From an uncultured Conexibacteraceae bacterium (lineage in GTDB: Bacteria; Actinomycetota; Thermoleophilia; Solirubrobacterales; 70-9), in NCBI GenBank assembly GCA_964464285.1, contig CAYXFL010000001.1, forward strand, positions 46,897 to 110,896: DNA of 64,000 bases, in the 5' to 3' direction. Below are positions 43,549 to 52,633 of this stretch, piece by piece. The translations under genes were made by a program, and so were the position numbers. The notes beneath the pieces are model-generated. The model searched no databases and had not been told where the DNA came from. It was given only the letters and a program-made list of their open reading frames with translations. Position 1 is the first letter of the stretch, and each line of letters opens with the position of its first letter.

Positions 43549-44358
43549 ATGTCGCGCATGAACGCAAGCGAGCGGGAGCGCTACGCCGACGCGATCCGCC
43601 GGACGATCATCGACCAGTCCTACCGGGCAGGGGTGGGGCACATCGGCTCCGCGCTCTCGATCGCCGACCTCGTCGCCGCCGTGATCGGGGGTGCCGCGGG
43701 CGCCGACGTCGGTGCTGACCGCGATCGGGTCGTCCTCTCCAAGGGCCACGCGGCGCTGGCGCTGTACGCGGCGCTGCATCACGACGGCCGGCTCGAAGAC
43801 GGCGCGATCGACACCTACTGCGGCGAGGGCACGCTGCTCGGCGTCCACCCCGAGCACGGTCTCGAGGGGGTCGACTTCTGCACCGGCTCGCTCGGCCAGG
43901 GCCTCTCGCTCGGCGCCGGCGCCGCGCTCGCCGGCAAGCGCCACGGCTCCGGCCGGCGGGTCTTCGTGATCATGAGCGACGCCGAGCTCAACGAGGGCTC
44001 GACCTGGGAGGCGGTGATGTTCGCCGCCCAGCACCGGCTCGACAACCTCCACCTGGTGATCGACCTGAACGGCCAGCAGGCGCTCGGCTACACGCCCGAC
44101 ATCCTCGACCTCGGCGCCGTCGAGGAGAAGCTCGCCGCCTTCGGCTGGAGCGCCGAACGGGTCGCCGGGCACGACCAGGAGGCGCTCGGCGCGGCGCTTG
44201 CGAAGAGCGCACCCGGCCAGCCCCGCGCGCTGGTCGCCGAGACCACCTTCGGCTACGGCGTCTCCTTCATGGAGTCCGAAATCAAGTGGCACTACCTGCC
44301 GCTCGACGAGCAGACCTACGCCACCGCCTGCTCCGACCTCGAGGCGGCGGCCGCATGA
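43549..44358 (+). CDS. transketolase, N-terminal (ThDP pyrophosphate-binding) subunit
   Basis: GHIGSALSIADL, LSKGHAALALYA, GSLGQGLSLGAG and VIMSDAELNEGSTWEA are canonical for the transketolase N-terminal section. Confidence 0.88.
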   Translation: MSRMNASERERYADAIRRTIIDQSYRAGVGHIGSALSIADLVAAVIGGAAGADVGADRDRVVLSKGHAALALYAALHHDGRLEDGAIDTYCGEGTLLGVHPEHGLEGVDFCTGSLGQGLSLGAGAALAGKRHGSGRRVFVIMSDAELNEGSTWEAVMFAAQHRLDNLHLVIDLNGQQALGYTPDILDLGAVEEKLAAFGWSAERVAGHDQEALGAALAKSAPGQPRALVAETTFGYGVSFMESEIKWHYLPLDEQTYATACSDLEAAAA

Positions 44359-45278
44359 GGAACGAGTTCGTCGCGGAGCTGGTCGAGCTCGCCGAGGCCG
44401 ACGAGCGGGTGATGCTGCTGACCGGCGACCTCGGGTTCATGGTCCTCGAAGAGTTCGAGCGGCGCTTCCCCGACCGCTTCATCAACTGCGGGGTCGGCGA
44501 GCAGAACATGCTCGGCGTGGCAACCGGGCTGGCCGAGGCCGGCTTCGTCCCCTTCGCCTACTCGATCGCCACCTTCTCGGCCCTGCGCCCCTACGAGTTC
44601 ATCCGCAACGGCCCCGCCCTGCACGACCTGCCGGTGCGGATCGTCGGGGTCGGCGGCGGCTTCGACTACGGCCACAACGGGATCACCCACTTCGCCCTCG
44701 AGGACTACGCGGTGATGCGCGCCCAGCCGGCGGTCGCGACCGTCGCCCCGGCCGACGCGGCGCAGGCGCGGACCGCAGTGCAGGCGACCGCGAACCACGC
44801 CGGGCCGATCTACTACCGGGTCAGCAAGCGCGGCGACAGCCTGCCCGGCCTCGACGGCCGCTTCGAGCTCGGCCGGCTCGAGCTCCTCCGCGAGGGCGCC
44901 GACGCGGCGATCCTCGCGATCGGCTCGATCGCCCACGAGGCGGTCGCCGCCGCCGAGCAGCTCGCGGCCGCCGGCATCGAGGTCAGCGTCGCCCTCGTCT
45001 CCTCCTTCAACCCGGCCCCGATCGAGGAAATCTCCGCCCTGCTCGCCGGCGTCCCCGCGGCGCTCACCGTCGAGGCCCACTACCGCAACGGCGGCCTCGG
45101 CTCGCTGGTTGCCGAGACGATCGCCGAGCAGGGCCTCGAGTGCCGCCTCCTGCGCGCCGGCGTCGAGACGATGCCGCGCGGCGAAGCCGGCTCCCAGGCC
45201 CACCTCGAGGACCGCCACCAGCTGACCGCTCCGCACCTCGCCGAGCGCCTCCAGCGGGTCCTCAGCCTCAGTGCCTGA
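44355..45278 (+). CDS. transketolase, C-terminal (pyrimidine-binding plus C-terminal domain) subunit
   Basis: FINCGVGEQNMLGVATGLA, FSALRPYEFIRN and GITHFALEDYAVMR. ATGA overlap with the N-terminal subunit gene. Confidence 0.88.
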   Translation: MRNEFVAELVELAEADERVMLLTGDLGFMVLEEFERRFPDRFINCGVGEQNMLGVATGLAEAGFVPFAYSIATFSALRPYEFIRNGPALHDLPVRIVGVGGGFDYGHNGITHFALEDYAVMRAQPAVATVAPADAAQARTAVQATANHAGPIYYRVSKRGDSLPGLDGRFELGRLELLREGADAAILAIGSIAHEAVAAAEQLAAAGIEVSVALVSSFNPAPIEEISALLAGVPAALTVEAHYRNGGLGSLVAETIAEQGLECRLLRAGVETMPRGEAGSQAHLEDRHQLTAPHLAERLQRVLSLSA

Positions 45279-45331
45279 ACCGGGCTGCGTCACCGGCGCG
45301 TACCGGGATGACGACGGATAGGCTCCGCGCG

Positions 45332-46354
45332 ATGAAGATCTCCGCAGTCATCGCCTGCTACCGCGACGAGCCGGCGGTCCCGATCATGCACGAGCGCCTG
45401 GTCGCCGCCTTCGCCGAGATCGGCTGCGAGTACGAGATCATCTTCGTCAACGACGGCTCGCCCGACGAAGCGGGCCGCGTGCTCGCCGAGCTGGCCGAAC
45501 GGGACCCGGGCGTGGTGGTGATCAACCACGCGCGCGCCTTCGGCTCCCAGAGCGCCTTCACCTCGGGGATGAGGATCGCCACCGGCGACGCCGTGGTGCT
45601 GCTCGACGGCGACCTCCAGGACCCGCCGGAGATGATTCCCAAGTTCGTCGAGAAATGGCGCGAGGGCTACGACGTGGTCTACGGCAAGCGGGTCCAGCGC
45701 GAGGCACCGCGGCACATGCAGCTCTTCTACAAGGGCTTCTACCGCGTCTTCAAGCGGCTCGCCTACGTCGACGTCGCGGTCGACGCGGGGGACTTCAGCC
45801 TGATCGACCGGCGCGTGGTCGACGCGATGAACGCGATGCCCGAGTCCCACCGCTTCCTGCGCGGGCTGCGCGCCTGGGTCGGGTTCAAGCAGATCGGCGT
45901 GCCCTACGTCCGCCCGGAGCGGATGTTCGGCACGACCACCAACAGCTTCCGCAAGAACATGGGCTGGGCGCGGCGCGCGATCGTCTCCTTCTCCTACGCC
46001 CCGCTCGACCTGATCACCGGCGTCGCCCTGGTGGTCACCGCCGCCTCCTTCGTCAGCCTGATCGTGCAGCTTGCCCTGCGCATCGCCGCGCCCGGCACGG
46101 CGCCGCCGGGGATCACCACGCTGATCGTCATCGTCCTCTTCCTCGGCGGCATCCAGCTGCTCTGCCTGGCGATCATCGGCACCTACCTCGGGCACATGTA
46201 CGAGGAGGTGAAGCGCCGGCCGGCCTTCGTGGTCGAGTCGGTGCTCAACCGGCCAGAGGGCCAACCGGCGCCGGGCCACGGGGGGGTTGCCCAACCGCCG
46301 TCGCCGTCGCCGTCCAGCCCAGGCAGTCCACCGAGCCGTCCCGGCGCAGGCTGA
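45332..46354 (+). CDS. GT2 polyprenyl-phosphate glycosyltransferase (GtrB/ArnC-type with two C-terminal TM helices)
   Basis: ISAVIACYRDE, IIFVNDGSPD, VLLDGDLQDPPE and two C-terminal TM segments. An alternative ATG lies at 45308. The P/S-rich tail overlaps the convergent gene. Confidence 0.85.
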   Translation: MKISAVIACYRDEPAVPIMHERLVAAFAEIGCEYEIIFVNDGSPDEAGRVLAELAERDPGVVVINHARAFGSQSAFTSGMRIATGDAVVLLDGDLQDPPEMIPKFVEKWREGYDVVYGKRVQREAPRHMQLFYKGFYRVFKRLAYVDVAVDAGDFSLIDRRVVDAMNAMPESHRFLRGLRAWVGFKQIGVPYVRPERMFGTTTNSFRKNMGWARRAIVSFSYAPLDLITGVALVVTAASFVSLIVQLALRIAAPGTAPPGITTLIVIVLFLGGIQLLCLAIIGTYLGHMYEEVKRRPAFVVESVLNRPEGQPAPGHGGVAQPPSPSPSSPGSPPSRPGAG

Positions 46355-47072
46355 GCCCGCCGACCAGGGCGAGGCCGGCGACCAGCGGCGAGAGCAGCAG
46401 CGCCGCCAGCCGCCGCGGGCCGAACCCGCCCCCGGGCGGGAGCAGCGCGGGCAGCAGCAGCGCCATCGCCTTGTAGGCGGCGACGGTGAGCTCGTTGCCG
46501 CGCGCGGTCACCACCGGGTCGCCGAAGCCGTTGCCCTCCAGCATCGTGCGCAGGCTCGAGGGGGTGAAACGCCAGTAGTCGTGTGGCACGTAGTGCCAGC
46601 GGGCGGCGAAGGGCACGGTCAGGATCAGCCGCCCGCCCGGACGCAGCACGCGCCGCGCCTCGGCGAGGAAGGCGGACGGTTCCGGCACGTGCTCGAGCGT
46701 CTCGGTCGCCAGCACCAGGTCGACCGCCGCGTCCTCGACCGGCCAGGTCTCGCCCTCGAAATACTCGGTGTCGGGCACGTCGTAGCCGAACGCCTCGCGG
46801 GCCAGGACCGAGTCGATCGCCCGGTAGCTGGCTGTCGCCGGGACCAGCGGCCGGTAAGGCTGGGCACCGGCGCCGACGTCGAGCACGACCCCGCGCGCGT
46901 CGCCCAGCTCGCACCTCAGATCGGCCCAGATCGACGCCGCCTGCAGGTCGAAGCGGCGGCGCGCAGCCGCGGTCAGGCGCCCACGCAGGCCCCGCCCGCC
47001 GTGGAAGCCGGGTGGCTGCCAGGGCTCGGCGCTGCGGTGGACGAGGTTCTCGCGCTGGGCCCGCTCAGGCAC
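46245..47072 (-). CDS. class I SAM-dependent methyltransferase with C-terminal hydrophobic tail
   Basis: VLDVGAGAQPY (motif I), LVLATETLEHV and LRPGGRLILTVP. GTG at 47072 overlaps the upstream stop (GTGCCTGA). Confidence 0.7.
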   Translation of the reverse strand: MPERAQRENLVHRSAEPWQPPGFHGGRGLRGRLTAAARRRFDLQAASIWADLRCELGDARGVVLDVGAGAQPYRPLVPATASYRAIDSVLAREAFGYDVPDTEYFEGETWPVEDAAVDLVLATETLEHVPEPSAFLAEARRVLRPGGRLILTVPFAARWHYVPHDYWRFTPSSLRTMLEGNGFGDPVVTARGNELTVAAYKAMALLLPALLPPGGGFGPRRLAALLLSPLVAGLALVGGLSLRRDGSVDCLGWTATATAVGQPPRGPAPVGPLAG

Positions 47073-47997
47073 GTACGCCCCAGGCGAGCATGTTGCCGAC
47101 GGGGACGGTGAGCGGGCGGGCGGCCAGCCCGCTGCGCTCCAGTCCCCTCGACAAACCGCCGGCCAGCCGCTCGGGGAGCGGGGCCAACCTCGCCCAGTAA
47201 CGCACCGGGTAACGGTTGCGGATCGGCTCCTGGCCGACCTCGCGAAGTTCGCCGCGCCGCAGGAGCTCGGCGATGCTCTGGGGGGAAAAGAGCTGCATGT
47301 GCTCGACGTCCATGATCGGCGACCGCATACCCAGGGTGCGGTTGATCCATGCACGGCGGTTGTGGCAGACGATCGCCAGGATCCCGCCCGGCTTCAGCAG
47401 CTCGGCCGCGGCGGCGACGAAGGCGGCCGGGTCGGGCACGTGCTCGATCGTCTGGAAGCAGGTGATCAGGCTCAGCGTGCCGGGCTCGCGCAGGCCGGGG
47501 CGGAAGACGTCGTGCTCGATCAGCGGCGCGATCTCCGGCGCCGCCTCTTCGATCGGCGCGGTCGAGGGCTCGACCCCGCCGACCGCGGTGAAGCCGAGCC
47601 GCAGCAGCTCGGCGAGGAAGGCGCCCTCGCCGGTGCCGACGTCGATCGCGCCGTCGCGGTCGGGCAGGCGCCCCAGCAGCGGGGCGAGCGCGTCGGCGTA
47701 GGTGCGGGCCGCGAAGCGGGCCTCCTCGCCGCTGTCGAAGGCGGCCGCCTCATAGGCACCGGCCAGCGCCTCGGGGGCGGGCAGCGGGCTCGCGTAGGCG
47801 AGGTCGCAGTCGGGGCAGCGGACCAGCCGCAGGCGCATCCGCTCGGGCCGCTTGCGGGAGGCGAAGGCGTGCTCGCCGAGCGCCTCGAGGTCGAGCCGCT
47901 GGGTCGCGAAGAGGTCGGCGTCGTCGCGCGAGCCGCAGATCGGGCAGGCGCGCTCGGTCATCTGCCCGAGCAGGTCGGAGGCGGGGCCGGCGCTCAC
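47065..47997 (-). CDS. SAM-dependent methyltransferase with N-terminal Cys4 zinc-ribbon
   Basis: CPICGS...CPDCDL zinc ribbon, followed by IDVGTGEGAFL (motif I), ITCFQTIEHV and LKPGGILAIV. Confidence 0.75.
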   Translation of the reverse strand: MSAGPASDLLGQMTERACPICGSRDDADLFATQRLDLEALGEHAFASRKRPERMRLRLVRCPDCDLAYASPLPAPEALAGAYEAAAFDSGEEARFAARTYADALAPLLGRLPDRDGAIDVGTGEGAFLAELLRLGFTAVGGVEPSTAPIEEAAPEIAPLIEHDVFRPGLREPGTLSLITCFQTIEHVPDPAAFVAAAAELLKPGGILAIVCHNRRAWINRTLGMRSPIMDVEHMQLFSPQSIAELLRRGELREVGQEPIRNRYPVRYWARLAPLPERLAGGLSRGLERSGLAARPLTVPVGNMLAWGVRA

Positions 47998-48086
47998 GGG
48001 CGCCAGGATATGGGATCGCGGCGGCTCTCTAATATTGCCGCCGTGCGCGGGGAGAGCCCAGAGACCTCAGACGCGGTCGGCGCCCG

Positions 48087-49058
48087 GTGAGGGCGGTCGT
48101 CACCGGCGCCGGCGGGTTCGTCGGCGCCAACCTCGCCTCCTCCCTGCTGGCGGCCGGCCACGAGGTGGTCGCCTGGACCCACCCGGGCGGCTCGGAGTGG
48201 CGCCTCGACCACCTGCGCGGCGAGCTCGAGGTGGCCCCGGTCGAACTGCTCGACCCGGAGGCGATCGAGGCCGGCGTGAAGAGCGCCCGACCCGACTGGG
48301 TCTTCCACCTCGCCGCCCACGGCGCCTACTCCTGGCAGCGCGACGCGGAGCGGATCCTGCAGACCAACCTGGTCTCCACCGTCCACCTGCTGGCGGCCTG
48401 CCAGCGCCACGGCTTCGAGTCGTTCGTCAACGCCGGGTCCTCCTCGGAGTACGGGTTCCAGGACCACGCTCCGAAGGAGTCCGAGCTGCCCGAACCGAAC
48501 AGCGACTACGCGGTGATGAAGGCGGCCGCGACCCTGCACTGCCGCTTCGTCGCCCAGCGCGACGACGTCCACGCCGTCACCCTGCGCCTCTACTCCGTCT
48601 ACGGCCCCTGGGAGGAGCCCGGCCGGCTGATGCCGACCCTGGTCGCCCGCGGCCTCGAGGGCGGGCTGCCGCCGCTCGTCTCCCCCGACACCCCGCGCGA
48701 CTACATCAGCGTGCGCGACACCGACCGCGCCTTCCTGCAGGCCGCCGAACGCACCGACCTCGAGCGCGGCTCCGTCTTCAACATCGGTTCCGGCCGCGAA
48801 ACGAAGCTGCGCGAGGTGGTCGAGGTGTGCCGCGCCGAGATGGGCGTCGAGGCGGAGCCCGAGTGGGGCACCGAGCCGCCCCGCGCCTGGGATGCCGCGG
48901 TCTGGGTCGCCGACCCGGCCCGCGCCCGCGAGAGCCTCGGCTGGCAGGCCGAGGACGACCTCGCGACCGGCTTCGGGGCGCTGGCCGAGTGGCTGCGCGA
49001 GCACCGAGAGCTCTGGGGCCGCTACGAGATCGGGACGGCGGGCGCGGTCGGCGGCTAG
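48087..49058 (+). CDS. NAD-dependent sugar epimerase/dehydratase (extended SDR)
   Basis: VVTGAGGFVGANL, GSSSEYG and YAVMKAAAT (YxxxK). GTG start. Confidence 0.8.
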   Translation: MRAVVTGAGGFVGANLASSLLAAGHEVVAWTHPGGSEWRLDHLRGELEVAPVELLDPEAIEAGVKSARPDWVFHLAAHGAYSWQRDAERILQTNLVSTVHLLAACQRHGFESFVNAGSSSEYGFQDHAPKESELPEPNSDYAVMKAAATLHCRFVAQRDDVHAVTLRLYSVYGPWEEPGRLMPTLVARGLEGGLPPLVSPDTPRDYISVRDTDRAFLQAAERTDLERGSVFNIGSGRETKLREVVEVCRAEMGVEAEPEWGTEPPRAWDAAVWVADPARARESLGWQAEDDLATGFGALAEWLREHRELWGRYEIGTAGAVGG

Positions 49059-50245
49059 CGGCGGCGCAGGCGGGTGGTGAGGGCGCGCAGCGGCGCCGTC
49101 ACCCGCCAGCTGAAGGTGTTCTCGTAGCTGTGGCGCAGCTTGCCCTCGACCACCCGGCCGTAGGCAGCCCGCTGCTCCTCGGCCCGCTCCTCGGCGTCGA
49201 GGAGCTCGTCGCGCAGCTTCACGTTCTCGTGGCTGAGCGCGTGGACTTCGGCCCGCGCCCGCCACTCCAGGCGCACCAGGCGCGCCATCTCGTCGAGCGC
49301 CTCGCGCGAGCGCGCGGGCGGCGATCCGAGCCGGCCCAGCAGCCCGACCAGCTCCTGCGCGTGGACGTTGGCGCGGTGGTGGGCGATCACGAGGTCGTGG
49401 TTGACCGGCCCCATCGCGGCCGAGTAGCCGCCCAGGTCCTCGGCCAGGCGCTCGCCGTCGACGATCGTGCGCCCGTTGCGGGCGGCGATCCCGTCCGCCT
49501 CGATCGCCGCGTAGCTCTCGGCGGTGACCCAGCCGTCGCCGCCGTTCCAGTCGTAGACGTAGGCGGCCCGGCCGCAGGCCATCGCCTCGAGGATCGAGCG
49601 GCCATAGCCGATCACGAGGTCGGCGTCGTTTAGGGCCGAGCGCGGGTCGCTCGACTGGCCGCCGATCCCGCCCAGCCGGACCAGCTCGATCCCGTTCGCC
49701 GCGCAGGCCCGTTCGAGCAGCGCCAGCCGGTCGGCAACCGGGGTGTTGCTGAGCAGCAGCGCCCGCCGCGGAACCTCGGACAGGGGGTTGCGCGAGGTGA
49801 AGCGCTCGGTGTCGATCGGCTGCCGCAGCCGCACCACCTCCGGCGCCATTGCCAGCGAGCGCAGCCGCGCGGCGACGCGGTCGTTGAGCGCCACCGCGAT
49901 CTGCACCGCGCCCTCGAGCTGCGGCGGCGACTGCACGTCGAAGCTCTCGCTGTGGGCGACGAAGAGCTGCGGCAGCGCCGGCAGCAGCCGCGCGAGCTGG
50001 TGGGAGACGGCGGCATCCTGGACCAGCGCCGCGTCGCACTCCGCCGGCAGCCCGGTCTCATCGACGACCACGATCCCGCGGTCGGTCGCCGGCTTCACCC
50101 CGACGCCGCCCTCGGGGGCGAAGAGGACGACCTCGTGACCGAGCCGGTCGAGCTGCTCGGCCACCGTGAGCAGGTAGGACTCGCTACCGCCTAGACCGAG
50201 ATGGCTGGTCGCGAGGACGAGCTTCACTTTTGTGAGCGTACCCAC
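49055..50245 (-). CDS. GT-B (GT4-like) glycosyltransferase with C-terminal coiled coil
   Basis: GLGGSESYLLTVAEQLDRLGHEV and GRSILEAMACGRAAYV. The C-terminus reads RLEWRARAEVHALSHENVKLRDELLDAEERAEEQ. The start is uncertain (GTG 50245 or 50227). Confidence 0.65.
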   Translation of the reverse strand: MGTLTKVKLVLATSHLGLGGSESYLLTVAEQLDRLGHEVVLFAPEGGVGVKPATDRGIVVVDETGLPAECDAALVQDAAVSHQLARLLPALPQLFVAHSESFDVQSPPQLEGAVQIAVALNDRVAARLRSLAMAPEVVRLRQPIDTERFTSRNPLSEVPRRALLLSNTPVADRLALLERACAANGIELVRLGGIGGQSSDPRSALNDADLVIGYGRSILEAMACGRAAYVYDWNGGDGWVTAESYAAIEADGIAARNGRTIVDGERLAEDLGGYSAAMGPVNHDLVIAHHRANVHAQELVGLLGRLGSPPARSREALDEMARLVRLEWRARAEVHALSHENVKLRDELLDAEERAEEQRAAYGRVVEGKLRHSYENTFSWRVTAPLRALTTRLRRR

Positions 50246-50301
50246 TTCTTTGGTACGAAATGGGGCCGGTTCCGGGATCGCCGCTCGACTATGTTTCGCC
50301 C

Positions 50302-51945
50302 ATGCAGAGGGGGGCTGCAGCGTGCGGGGCGCTGGGGAGATACGACCCCGGACGGGTGGAGCGGATGGCCGCGCTGTGCGGCGGCGAGGCTCCGCGACCG
50401 GTGCACACGGACGAGAGCTCGATCCTCTTCCTCGACCGCGAGCCACTGCGCTGGCAGGGAGCCCGCGGCCACGGGCTCGCCTGGCTCGGCACCGACGCCT
50501 GGAACGACACCCGGCCCGACGACTGGAAGGGAGCCGCCCGGGCCGGCGCCAACGGGCTGGTGATCGAGGGGCGCAAGCGCTTCCTGCACAGCTCGGTGAG
50601 CGGCCTGGCGCCGCTCTACTGGCTCGACGACGGCGGCGCGACCTACTTCTGCTCGCGCCTGGACCCGCTGGTGCGCGCGGCCGGCCGGCGCTTCTCGCTC
50701 GACTGGGAAGCCTGGGCGGCGATCATCGCCCTGCGCTTCCCACTCGGCCAGCGCACCCCGTTCGCCGAGGTGCGGCGGCTCGAGCAGTTTGCGACCCTGG
50801 GCCGGCGCCTCGGCCGCGGCCGCTCGCGCTCGCACCGCTGGCCCTGGGCCGAGGTCGAGCCGCTCGCCGGGCTCGACGCCGCCGCCGACGCCGCCGTGGA
50901 GGGCATGCGGCAAGCGCTCGCCGGCGTTCCCGCCGGGGTCGTCTGCCCGCTCAGCGGCGGCCGCGACTCGCGGATGCTGTGCGCGATCCTCGCCGCCGAC
51001 GGGCGCGCCGGGGGAGCGATCACCGCCGCCGACGACGAGGGGGAAGCGATCGAGGAGGACCTGGCCGCGGCCGTCGCCGGCTACTACGGCCTGCCGCACG
51101 AGCGGCTCGCCGGCGCGGCCGCCGACTACCGGGCCGACTGGGAGGAGCGGGCACGAAGGGTCGAGCACCAGTTCGTCGACCACGCCTGGCTGATGCCCGC
51201 GGTGCGGCGCCTGGAAGGCGACCCGGCGCCGCTGCCCGACGGCTTCGGGATCGACATCTTCGTCCAGTCCGAGCGCCACTTCAATCCGCCCGAGGCGCTC
51301 TACGCGACGGACGGACGCGCCGCCGCCCTCGCCCTGCTCGAGGCGCTGCGCCGCTACGGCGCAACCCAGATGGCGCTCGCGCCCGAGTTCCGCGAGCCGC
51401 TGCTGGAGCGCGTCCGCGACCAGTTCCTCGCCGCGGTGCGACCGCTCGAGGGCCACCCGTCCCAGAACGTACTCTCGGTCTACGCGACCCGCTCGCGCCG
51501 CGGCGTCGGCTCCTACGCCGCCGGGCTGTGGGGCGACGGCGGCCAGGTCCTCGCCCCCGGCGCCGGCGACGAGGTCGTCTGCGCGACCCTCTCGGCCAGC
51601 CAGCGCGAAAAAGACGACGGCCGCCTCTACGAGGCGATCTTCGCCCGCATCGCCCCCGATGTCGGCCGCCTGCCCTCGACCACCAACACCGCGCGCAGCG
51701 GCCCCGCCCTGCCGCGCCGCTGGCGCTCGCAGCCGGCGCTGGAGATGCACCGCGAGCTGCTCGCCGAGGGTCCGCTGGCACCCCACCTCTCAGCCGAGCT
51801 GCGGGCCTGGCTCGAGCGGCCCGGCGGCGCCGAGCTGCCCGGCGACCTGCGGCTGGGGATGGAGGGTGTGAGCCTGTTGCACAGCTGGTGGCGGCGCTAC
51901 CGCGACCTCCTCTCCCCCACCGACGCCACCGCCCTCCGCGGCTGA
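50302..51945 (+). CDS. asparagine synthetase B-like PP-loop ATP pyrophosphatase lacking the N-terminal Cys nucleophile
   Basis: SGGRDS PP-loop at 50953-50970. The N-terminus MQRGAAACG... has no Met-Cys Ntn glutaminase start. Overall AsnB-like length. Confidence 0.65.
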   Translation: MQRGAAACGALGRYDPGRVERMAALCGGEAPRPVHTDESSILFLDREPLRWQGARGHGLAWLGTDAWNDTRPDDWKGAARAGANGLVIEGRKRFLHSSVSGLAPLYWLDDGGATYFCSRLDPLVRAAGRRFSLDWEAWAAIIALRFPLGQRTPFAEVRRLEQFATLGRRLGRGRSRSHRWPWAEVEPLAGLDAAADAAVEGMRQALAGVPAGVVCPLSGGRDSRMLCAILAADGRAGGAITAADDEGEAIEEDLAAAVAGYYGLPHERLAGAAADYRADWEERARRVEHQFVDHAWLMPAVRRLEGDPAPLPDGFGIDIFVQSERHFNPPEALYATDGRAAALALLEALRRYGATQMALAPEFREPLLERVRDQFLAAVRPLEGHPSQNVLSVYATRSRRGVGSYAAGLWGDGGQVLAPGAGDEVVCATLSASQREKDDGRLYEAIFARIAPDVGRLPSTTNTARSGPALPRRWRSQPALEMHRELLAEGPLAPHLSAELRAWLERPGGAELPGDLRLGMEGVSLLHSWWRRYRDLLSPTDATALRG

Positions 51946-51970
51946 CCGCGCGGGCGCCAAACTGTGGCGC

Positions 51971-52633
51971 ATGTCTCGACCGACGGATCGCGACGCCCCC
52001 GCCGCGCCGCTCCCGGGTGAAGCCCATCTCTGGCTCGCCGACCTCGATGCGGCGGCGGAGCCGCCGGACGGGGTGCTGAGCGCGGCCGAGCGCGAACGCG
52101 CCGCGGGAATCCGCGCGGCCGTCGACGCCCGTCGCTGGGCGACCTCGCGCTGGGCGCTGCGCGAGGTCCTCGCCCGCTACCTCGGGGTGGCGGGGAGCGC
52201 GATCGAGCTGGCCCGCGGCGAGCACGGCAAGCCGCGGCTGGCCGCCGCCCCGGCGCCGCTCGAGTTCAACCTCAGCCACTCGCACGGGCGCGTCCTGGTC
52301 GGGGTCGCCGCCGCCGGCCAGCCGCTCGGGGTCGACATCGAGCGGATCGTCCCGCGGCGCGACTTCCTCGCGCTCGCCCGCCGGGCGCTCGGCGAGGCCG
52401 AGGCCGAGGCGATCGCCGCCGCCCCGCAGGAGCGCCGCGCCGGCCTCTTCTACGCCGCCTGGACCGCCCACGAGGCGCACCTGAAGTGCGGCGGTGGCGG
52501 CTTCGGCGTCGCCGCCCCCACGGGCACGCCGGGCGCGCGGCCGGTAGACGTCGGTGACGGCTACGCGGCGGCCTTCGCGCTCGCCGCCGCCGGCGACCCG
52601 CGCGGGCGGCTCTACCGGCTCGACCTGCGCTGA
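51971..52633 (+). CDS. Sfp-type 4'-phosphopantetheinyl transferase
   Basis: HGKPRL, FNLSHSHG, GVDIERI and WTAHEAHLK are the canonical Sfp/EntD family motifs. Confidence 0.8.
   Translation: MSRPTDRDAPAAPLPGEAHLWLADLDAAAEPPDGVLSAAERERAAGIRAAVDARRWATSRWALREVLARYLGVAGSAIELARGEHGKPRLAAAPAPLEFNLSHSHGRVLVGVAAAGQPLGVDIERIVPRRDFLALARRALGEAEAEAIAAAPQERRAGLFYAAWTAHEAHLKCGGGGFGVAAPTGTPGARPVDVGDGYAAAFALAAAGDPRGRLYRLDLR

Noticed and set aside
50302-51945. The AsnB-like enzyme as a lasso-peptide cyclase
   Set aside because: No leader-peptidase (transglutaminase-like B), PqqD-like RRE or short precursor ORF is visible nearby. The context is purely glycan biosynthesis.
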